Positions 41,149 to 47,468 of a stretch of 64,000 nucleotides of DNA are shown piece by piece. How positions within the stretch are numbered: position 1 is the stretch's first letter; the number at the start of each line of letters is the position of its first letter. Both the position numbers and the translations under genes were made by a program. The stretch covers positions 29,097 to 93,096 of the forward strand of contig DAIOUV010000001.1 of the NCBI GenBank assembly GCA_036759345.1. Reading direction: 5' to 3'. This stretch comes from Acidobacteriota bacterium. Lineage in GTDB: Bacteria > Acidobacteriota > Thermoanaerobaculia > UBA5066. Under the pieces are notes generated by a model. That model did no database searches, was not told the DNA's origin, and saw only the letters and a list, made by a program, of their open reading frames with translations.

Positions 41149-41862
41149 TCAGGTCTCGAGGAAGGACGAAACGGCCAGTCGCCACTTTTCCTCGGACAGG
41201 AGAACCGACGGCGGCAGGATGAGTTCGCCGCCGTCCGCCGCGGCGAGCCCGAGCTCGCCCTCGAAAAAGCGCGAGAGACGCGCCTCCTCGCCGCGGAACC
41301 ACGCGTGTGCCTTGGGGCCGATCGGGAAGCTGCGATACGCCTCCGACGCCGGACGTACCGTGAACAGCCACCCCTTTTCGTACGGAGACGAACGGAGGAG
41401 TGTCGGGTGATTCCCGACGCGCGCGTTCACGGCCACGATCGTCCCGGTCACTGGAGCCGGAATGACGGCCGTGCGGGCGCCGCAGGCGATCGTCACGACG
41501 GGACGGCCGGCGGCGACCGTGCTGCCGGGCAGCGGCAGGGCGACGGCCGTGACGCCGTGCATGAGGTGCCCGGCGAGATCGTCGAGGCCCACGCGCAGGC
41601 GGCCGCCGCGCTCTTCGTCGAGCCACGTGTGCGCGGGCGCGTAGCGCCGGTTCTCGGCCAGGAGGAGCCCCTCGACTTCCACGAGTCCGAGGCGGCGCGC
41701 CCTCAGCCACCTGAAGGTGAGCTCCGCCGCGTGGTAGATCCCCCAGGCCGCGAGGACCGGCACGAGGGCGACGGCAACGAAGGCAACGAGAAGGAGGAGC
41801 CGGACGAGGAGGCCGACCATGAAGATGGCGGCTCCCGTAAGCAGCGCGAGGAGGGTTTCCAT
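41149..41862 (-). CDS. Membrane-anchored GcvH-like protein B, lipoyl lysine absent
   Basis: Long N-terminal hydrophobic segment; YAPAHTW, VGLDD, PAPVTGTIVAVN and PYEKGWLF motifs. The ESVK position reads ACGA. Confidence 0.85.
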   Translation of the reverse strand: METLLALLTGAAIFMVGLLVRLLLLVAFVAVALVPVLAAWGIYHAAELTFRWLRARRLGLVEVEGLLLAENRRYAPAHTWLDEERGGRLRVGLDDLAGHLMHGVTAVALPLPGSTVAAGRPVVTIACGARTAVIPAPVTGTIVAVNARVGNHPTLLRSSPYEKGWLFTVRPASEAYRSFPIGPKAHAWFRGEEARLSRFFEGELGLAAADGGELILPPSVLLSEEKWRLAVSSFLET

Positions 41863-41867
41863 GATGC

Positions 41868-42218
41868 TCACCTTTCTTTCGGTACCGCGTGACACGTCGC
41901 GCAGTCCTCGAATCCGTGGGCGCTCTTGCCGTCGTGGCATTTCCCGCACGCGGCGCCCTTTTCCATGTCGGCGTGCTTGAGCGTGCGGGCCGCGCGGGCC
42001 GCGGACGGAGGCAGGATGGAGAAGAGCGCCGGATGGCACGGCGTGCAGTCCGGCTTCGTCCCGTCGACGTGGGCCAGGTGGCGGAAGGTCACGACGCCCG
42101 GGCTGCCGTCTCCCTGAGGAAGAGGACGGTCCTTCGGAAGGCGGGGGAGACCGGTCGCGAGAACCGTGGCGGTCAACCCGAGCGTCAGGAGAAGGGCCGA
42201 CAGGTGGAGGTGTTTCAT
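41868..42218 (-). CDS. Triheme cytochrome c7-type protein
   Basis: Sec signal peptide; VTFRHLAH, CTPCH, LKHADM, CGKCH and CATCH motifs. Confidence 0.9.
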   Translation of the reverse strand: MKHLHLSALLLTLGLTATVLATGLPRLPKDRPLPQGDGSPGVVTFRHLAHVDGTKPDCTPCHPALFSILPPSAARAARTLKHADMEKGAACGKCHDGKSAHGFEDCATCHAVPKER

Positions 42219-42228
42219 GACGGCCGCC

Positions 42229-42894
42229 TCACTCTCCGCCCAGGAATCGGCGGGCCAGTTCGTCCCAGTGGTCCGGGTCGAGGGCTCGGGCGATGCCGTG
42301 GACCGGGGTGCCGCCATCTTGCAGGACCACTCCGAGTTGAGGCGTGAGGCGCTGGGCGAGCTTCCCCGCCGCGGCGTCCAGGAATCGGCGGGCGGCCTCG
42401 CCCGTGAAGAGGTTCTTGAGGTTGCCGGTCAGCCAGCGGGGCTCGACTTTCATGAGCCAGCCGGCGCCGTACGGGTCGCGGAGCGCATCGGCGGGATGCG
42501 CCCGCGCCGCTTCGTTCACCGCGACGACGTGGCCGTCGATCGGCGAGAGCACGTCGAGCCGCTGGCCTCCGGCCACGAGGGAGAAGGCCTTCTGTCCCTG
42601 CCGCACCGGCGCTCCGATCGGGGGCAGAAGGAGCTGGTCCAGGGGTCCCACGAGCTTGTGCGCGAAGTCGTCGAGGCCGACTTCCACCGTTCCCCCCTCG
42701 GGCCGCGCCCACGCGTGGCCGGCGTGCAGGTGGACGCCGTTCGGAACCTGGAACCAGCCGAAGCCGAAGGCGTGGACGGGCGCCTCCCCCTGGACGAAGC
42801 GCCAGAAAGGAATGAAGAGGAGCAGGTAGGAGATCGCGAGGCCGTACTCGAGGGCCCTCGCGGTATAGGGACTCAGGAGGGTGTGTTCGTTCAT
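42229..42894 (-). CDS. Membrane-anchored GcvH-like protein A, lipoyl lysine absent
   Basis: TM LEYGLAISYLLLFIPFWRF; HAGHAWA, VGLDDFA, SPIDGHVVAVN and DPYGAGWL motifs. The ESVK position reads VAGG. Confidence 0.85.
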   Translation of the reverse strand: MNEHTLLSPYTARALEYGLAISYLLLFIPFWRFVQGEAPVHAFGFGWFQVPNGVHLHAGHAWARPEGGTVEVGLDDFAHKLVGPLDQLLLPPIGAPVRQGQKAFSLVAGGQRLDVLSPIDGHVVAVNEAARAHPADALRDPYGAGWLMKVEPRWLTGNLKNLFTGEAARRFLDAAAGKLAQRLTPQLGVVLQDGGTPVHGIARALDPDHWDELARRFLGGE

Positions 42895-42922
42895 GGCTGT
42901 CTCTCTTCCTTCTCTCTACTTC

Positions 42923-44152
42923 TCAATGCGCGCCGCGCCAGTCGGGGTGCTCGTGGACCACGGGCATGCGGTTCACGATCCAGCGGAAGATCAGGACGCC
43001 GATCGTCACGATCGTGAGCGACGTGACGACCTCACCCATGCTCGGGACGTAGCGGTCTTGGACGTTCCAGTTGAACGCGATGAGCGAGACGTTGAAGCGG
43101 TTGAGGACGACGCCGAGGACCGTGAGGAGACCGGCGAGCCGGGCCAGCCGCGCGTTCTGACGCCGCGCCGCGAATGCGAAGAGGAGCGACGGCAGGAGGA
43201 TGAAGCCCAGCATCTCGAGGAGGTACCAGGCCCCCCAACCGGTCGCGAGGAGGTCGAAACGGCCGCTCGCGACGAGGCCCTGCAGCCGGATGAAGAAGTA
43301 CGCGAAGAGGACGACCGCGCCGCCCTTCGCGAGCCCGAGCGTGATCTTGTCGAGATCGACCGGGGCCAGAGGGTCCAGCCGGTCATGGAAAGCGCGATGC
43401 GAAAGCGCGCTCTCGACGATCACCATGCCGATGCCCGCCGAAATGCTCGAGACGAAGAAGAAGATCGGGAGGAATGGCGAGTACCAGAGAGGGTGGAGCT
43501 TGCCCGGCGTCATCAGGAAGAAGGCGCCGAGGGAGGACTGGTGGAGCGTCGAGAGCGTGACGCCGAGGACGATGATGCCGATCGTCAAAGAGCCGAGGAG
43601 ACGGCGCACTTTCACGAGGCCGAGCCATTCGAGCGCGGCCGGCGCGAACTCGAGAGCGAGGACCATCAGGTACAGGAAGACGCACCAGCCGACCTCGTAC
43701 ATGACGGCGGTCGTGCCGGGCGTCAGGAAGAACTGATAGGGGAGGCGCCACGGCTGGCCAAGGTCCACGATGAGCCCGAACAGGACGAGGGCGTAGCCGA
43801 GGAAGCCGGTCAGGATCGCGGGGCGCAGGATCGGCCGGTAGGCCTTCTGGCCGAAGATGTAGACGGCGCAGGCGACCGTGTAGCCGCCCGCCGCGAGCGC
43901 GACGCCGCAGATGACGTCGAAGGCGACCCAGATGCCCCATGCGTTCGTCTGGGACAGGTTCGTCGCCGCGCCGAGCCCTTTCCAGAAGCGGAAAGCCATC
44001 GTCGGGATTCCGGCGAGGAGGATCGCCGCCGCGATCGCGTTGGCCGGCGTCAGGAGGCTTTTCGCGTATTCGCGGAAGGACATCCCGAGGAAGACGTTCT
44101 CCCTCATCCAGGGGCCCCCGAGGAACGCGGGTTTCAGCGCCTGCTCAGACAT
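42923..44152 (-). CDS. NrfD/PsrC-family polytopic membrane protein (HybB/HmcC-like)
   Basis: WGIWVAFDVICGVALAAGG, RPAILTGFLGY, DLGQPWR, YEVGWC, STLHQSSLG, KLHPLW and NRFNV motifs. Confidence 0.9.
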   Translation of the reverse strand: MSEQALKPAFLGGPWMRENVFLGMSFREYAKSLLTPANAIAAAILLAGIPTMAFRFWKGLGAATNLSQTNAWGIWVAFDVICGVALAAGGYTVACAVYIFGQKAYRPILRPAILTGFLGYALVLFGLIVDLGQPWRLPYQFFLTPGTTAVMYEVGWCVFLYLMVLALEFAPAALEWLGLVKVRRLLGSLTIGIIVLGVTLSTLHQSSLGAFFLMTPGKLHPLWYSPFLPIFFFVSSISAGIGMVIVESALSHRAFHDRLDPLAPVDLDKITLGLAKGGAVVLFAYFFIRLQGLVASGRFDLLATGWGAWYLLEMLGFILLPSLLFAFAARRQNARLARLAGLLTVLGVVLNRFNVSLIAFNWNVQDRYVPSMGEVVTSLTIVTIGVLIFRWIVNRMPVVHEHPDWRGAH

Positions 44153-45056
44153 GGCCTTCCTCCTGCTTTCCGTTGCCTTCCGCCGCCGCGACTTCGTCGC
44201 GGCGCTTGCTGAAGGTGTACATGCCCATCAGGAGCGGCGGCCAGAGGGTGATGATGAAGGGCACCGCCGAGAGCGCACCGTCGGCGAGCTCCGGATACGA
44301 CTTCTTCTCGATGCCGGCGGGAAGCGCGAGCGACTCGAACGGCACGTCGGAGATGTAGAGCCAGCTCGTGCCTCCGGCTTCGTTTTCTCCGTAGATCTCG
44401 TGGACGTACTTGTCGGGGTTCGTGTAGATCCGCGTCCTGGCCTCCTCGAGGAGGTCGGCGCGTCTGCCGAACTTAAGAGCGCCCGACGGGCAGACCTCGG
44501 TGCAGGCCGGCGCGAGACCCTTGCCCTGGCGCTCCGCGCAGAAGGTGCACTTCTTGACGAGCGGCGTCGCGCTCGAGAACTCGTACTTCGGAACTCCGAA
44601 GGGGCACACGATCATGCAGTAGCGGCAGCCAAGACAGCGGTCCGCGTGGTACACGACCGGCCCTTCGGGCGTCTTCTCGAGGGCCTTGACGACGCAGCCC
44701 GAAGCGCAGGCCGGCGTCACGCAGTGCATGCACTGCGTCTTGGCATAGCGGTCGTCGCCGCTCGCGCTCTTGCGTTCGCCCTTCTGGACGACCGTGTAGG
44801 CCGTGGGGCTCGTCGTGCGCTTCGACGCGAACACGGAGTCGTCCCCGGGTTTCTCGGGGCCCAGGAGCGCGTTCGCCTCGGCGCAGGCGGCCTCGCAGCC
44901 GCGGCAACCGACGCAGCGCGTCGTGTCCACGAGGACGCCCCGGGCGTCCTTCGACGCGGGCAGGACCGAGGCCCGCGACGTCGCCGCCGCGCCGGCTACT
45001 CCGGCGGTTCCGGCGGCGGCGGCGAGCTTGAAGAGAGACCGGCGATTCAGCTTCAT
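44145..45056 (-). CDS. Tat-exported 4x[4Fe-4S] protein with C-terminal membrane anchor (HybA/HmcB-like)
   Basis: NRRSLFK twin-arginine signal; CVGCRGCEAAC, CMHCVTPACASGC, CLGCRYCMIVC and CTFC..PACTEVC; C-terminal hydrophobic helix. Confidence 0.92.
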   Translation of the reverse strand: MKLNRRSLFKLAAAAGTAGVAGAAATSRASVLPASKDARGVLVDTTRCVGCRGCEAACAEANALLGPEKPGDDSVFASKRTTSPTAYTVVQKGERKSASGDDRYAKTQCMHCVTPACASGCVVKALEKTPEGPVVYHADRCLGCRYCMIVCPFGVPKYEFSSATPLVKKCTFCAERQGKGLAPACTEVCPSGALKFGRRADLLEEARTRIYTNPDKYVHEIYGENEAGGTSWLYISDVPFESLALPAGIEKKSYPELADGALSAVPFIITLWPPLLMGMYTFSKRRDEVAAAEGNGKQEEGHV

Positions 45057-45067
45057 CGCGGCCTCTC

Positions 45068-45154
45068 TCAGGCCCGGGCCGCGCGGCCGAGCGCGCGGTC
45101 GTTGAGGAGGAGGAGAAGAACGAAGAGGAGCGCGAGGGGAACCGTGGCGATCAT
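45068..45154 (-). CDS. 28-aa single-pass membrane peptide MIATVPLALLFVLLLLLNDRALGRAARA
   Basis: GGAGG RBS, ATGA overlap with the upstream stop, hydrophobic core with basic tail; ends 11 nt before the Fe-S gene start. Confidence 0.6.
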   Translation of the reverse strand: MIATVPLALLFVLLLLLNDRALGRAARA

Positions 45155-45390
45155 GGGGCCTCCCTCCCGGAGCCGTTCGCCGCCACGGCGGGCGGCTCCG
45201 TGTACGCGGCGCCCGTCCCGAGCCTCTTCACGGCCTCCTGATAGAGGGGGCAGTCCCCGTACCGGTTCGCCTGGCAGGGCCGGACCGACACGAGGTGGTC
45301 AAGAGGCAGCATCTTTTTCGTCGGGCAGGCGTCGCAATAAAGCATCACGACTTCTTTGAGCAGCGGGCAGGTGGTCGAGGTCTCTCGCAT
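45151..45390 (-). CDS. 79-aa Cys-rich protein
   Basis: MRETSTTCPLLKEVVMLYCDACPTKKMLP...PCQANRYGDCPLY has 5 Cys. It is the first ORF after the sigma54 promoter. Confidence 0.7.
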   Translation of the reverse strand: MRETSTTCPLLKEVVMLYCDACPTKKMLPLDHLVSVRPCQANRYGDCPLYQEAVKRLGTGAAYTEPPAVAANGSGREAP

Positions 45391-45406
45391 GGCGACTCGT
45401 CTAAGC

Positions 45407-45421
45407 GCAAGGCCCGCGCCA
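45407..45421 (-). promoter_or_regulatory. sigma54 (-24/-12) promoter
   Basis: Minus strand TGGCGCG-GGCC-TTGC, one mismatch from TGGCACG-N4-TTGC. It lies directly downstream of a sigma54 activator gene. Confidence 0.85.
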
Positions 45422-45449
45422 TCCGCCGGCGGTTCGGCGAACAAGGTGT

Positions 45450-45534
45450 CAACTGCTTGTTGCGAGGAGACTTGGGCCGCTTCCGTTCCGCCGCCCGCGC
45501 GGCCGGGAGCGTTCAGATCCTCAACGGAGTGTTG
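45450..45534. promoter_or_regulatory. Two CAAC-N5-GTTG palindromes, candidate upstream activator sites
   Basis: CAACTGCTTGTTG at 45450-45462 and CAACGGAGTGTTG at 45522-45534, 72 bp apart. Confidence 0.55.
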
Positions 45535-45550
45535 TCTTTCTCACCGCTCC

Positions 45551-46921
45551 CTAGTCGGGCTCGAAAACGCCGTCGTCCGCGCGTTTCAGCCCGAATTTGT
45601 GGATCTTGCTGTAGAGGGTCACGCGGTCGATGTCGAGGATCCGCGCCGCCTGCGAGACGTTTCCACCCGTGTTCCTAAGCACCGCGGCGATGTGCTGCCG
45701 TTCGATCTCGGCGAGCGAGGCGGGATGCGACGGGATTTCCTCCCCGCGAAGGGTGAGGCCCAGATCGCCCGGCAGGAGGAGCGGCCCCGTCGAAACGACG
45801 ACGCCTCGCTCGAGGACGTTGCGCAGTTCGCGCACGTTGCCCGGCCACGAGTGGGCGAGGAGAAGCGCCATGCCCTCGGGCGACACGCCCTCGACCGGCT
45901 TCTTCATTTCCACGGCGAGCTGCTCGAGCAGGATGTCGACGAGAAGGGGGATGTCCTCCTTGCGGTCGCGGAGCGGAGCGAGCGTGAGCGTGATGACGTT
46001 CAGCCGATAGAAGAGATCCTCCCGGAAGCGGCCCTCGGCAATGGCCTTCTGAAGGTCCCGGTTCGTCGCCGCGATGATGCGGACGTCCACCGGTATCGAT
46101 TCCGTCCCGCCAACGCGCGTCACCCGGCGCTCCTCGAGGACGCGCAGGAGGTCGAGCTGCAGCTTCGGGCTGATGTCGCCGATCTCGTCGAGGAAGAGGG
46201 TGCCGCCGCTCGCCGCCACGAACTTGCCCTCGCGGCGCCCGTTGGCGCCCGTGAAGGAGCCCTTTTCGTAGCCGAAGAGCTCGGATTCGAGAAGCGTCTC
46301 GGTGAGGGACGCGCACGACATCGCCACGAAGGGTTTGTCGTGGCGCGGGCTCTCGGCATGGATGGCGCGGGCGAGAAGCTCCTTGCCCGTGCCGCTCTCG
46401 CCGAGGACGAGGATCGTCGAGGGGCTGCGCGCGGCGGTCCGCGCGAGCTCGAGCGTGCCCTGCATGGCCGACGACTTCGTGACGAGGTCGTGGAACCGGT
46501 ACTCGCGTTTGAGCGCCTTGCGGAGGATCACGTTCTCCCTCACGAGCGCCTGCTGCGCCACGATCTTCTCCACCAGGAGGCTGACCTCCTCCGGGTCGAA
46601 GGGCTTCACGATGTAGTCGAACGCCCCGAGCTTCATGGCGTTCACCGCGGTGTCGACGGTGGCGTACGCCGTCATGATCACGACGGCGGTCTCGGGGCTC
46701 TTCTCCTTGACGCGCTTGAGCACTTCGAGGCCGTCGATGCCCGGCATCTTGAGGTCGACGAGGAGGATCGACCAGCGCCCCTCCTCCACGGCCTTCACGC
46801 CCGCGAGGCCGTCCGGCGCCGTGCCGATCGTGTAGCCGTCCTTCTCGAGCCAGCCCGAGAGGGACTCCCGCACGATCTCCTCGTCATCGACCAGCAGGAT
46901 CCGCGTGTTCTTCTTGCTCAT
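45551..46921 (-). CDS. sigma54-dependent response regulator (NtrC/AtoC type)
   Basis: Receiver (LLVDD, VDLKMP), GESGTGKE, GSFTGA, LFLDEI, WPGNVREL and Fis-type HTH. Confidence 0.96.
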   Translation of the reverse strand: MSKKNTRILLVDDEEIVRESLSGWLEKDGYTIGTAPDGLAGVKAVEEGRWSILLVDLKMPGIDGLEVLKRVKEKSPETAVVIMTAYATVDTAVNAMKLGAFDYIVKPFDPEEVSLLVEKIVAQQALVRENVILRKALKREYRFHDLVTKSSAMQGTLELARTAARSPSTILVLGESGTGKELLARAIHAESPRHDKPFVAMSCASLTETLLESELFGYEKGSFTGANGRREGKFVAASGGTLFLDEIGDISPKLQLDLLRVLEERRVTRVGGTESIPVDVRIIAATNRDLQKAIAEGRFREDLFYRLNVITLTLAPLRDRKEDIPLLVDILLEQLAVEMKKPVEGVSPEGMALLLAHSWPGNVRELRNVLERGVVVSTGPLLLPGDLGLTLRGEEIPSHPASLAEIERQHIAAVLRNTGGNVSQAARILDIDRVTLYSKIHKFGLKRADDGVFEPD

Positions 46922-47468
46922 GGGGTTCTCCGATCTCGTCGACGTTCTCGAGGAAGAGGGCCCGGCACGTCTCGCAGAGGTCCGGCTGCTTGGCGTCCAC
47001 GTCCCGAAGGCTCGCCGAGCGCGCCATCGCGCAGCGGGGGCGGAGGCAGTGAAGGAGCCCGAACGTGTGCCCGAGCTCGTGGATGACTTCGGTCCGGAGG
47101 CGGATCGGGAGCCGGGCCGCCTCGCCGGGAAGCCCCGCGCCGACAAGGCGCGCGGTCGACACGACGGCGGCAGGGCCCTTGAGCTGCGCCTCGCCAAAGA
47201 CGAACGTCAAGACCGGGATGAAGAGGTCCGCGTCCGTCAGGCCGATCAGGCGCGCGGCGCCGCGCGGCCGGTTCGCCGCGAGCCACAGGAGGATGCGACG
47301 GGAGGAATGCTGTTTGCGCCGCGCGTCGTACGCCTCGTCCGGCCGGGTCGCGGGGACGTCGAGGCGCACCGGCAAGCGGAAGACTTTCTGCACGTGAGCG
47401 CGCACGCCTGCGAGAAGCTCCGGGTCGATGTTTCCCGTCCCGATCCACCACAGGGCGACCTCGCTCAC
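46884..47468 (-). CDS. Archaemetzincin-family Zn metalloprotease
   Basis: LFIPVLTFVFGEAQL, VVSTARL and HELGHTFGLLHC-x4-C-x-M...CETC motifs. The GTG start overlaps the kinase stop. Confidence 0.9.
   Translation of the reverse strand: MSEVALWWIGTGNIDPELLAGVRAHVQKVFRLPVRLDVPATRPDEAYDARRKQHSSRRILLWLAANRPRGAARLIGLTDADLFIPVLTFVFGEAQLKGPAAVVSTARLVGAGLPGEAARLPIRLRTEVIHELGHTFGLLHCLRPRCAMARSASLRDVDAKQPDLCETCRALFLENVDEIGEPHEQEEHADPAGR

Noticed and set aside
41149-42894. Glycine cleavage system
   Set aside because: No gcvT, gcvP or lpd nearby. Both H-like proteins lack the lipoyl Lys and are membrane-anchored.
42923-45056. Hydrogenase-2 or nitrite reductase operon
   Set aside because: HybA/HybB-like genes are present, but no [NiFe] small or large subunit, NrfA or molybdoenzyme is encoded in the window.
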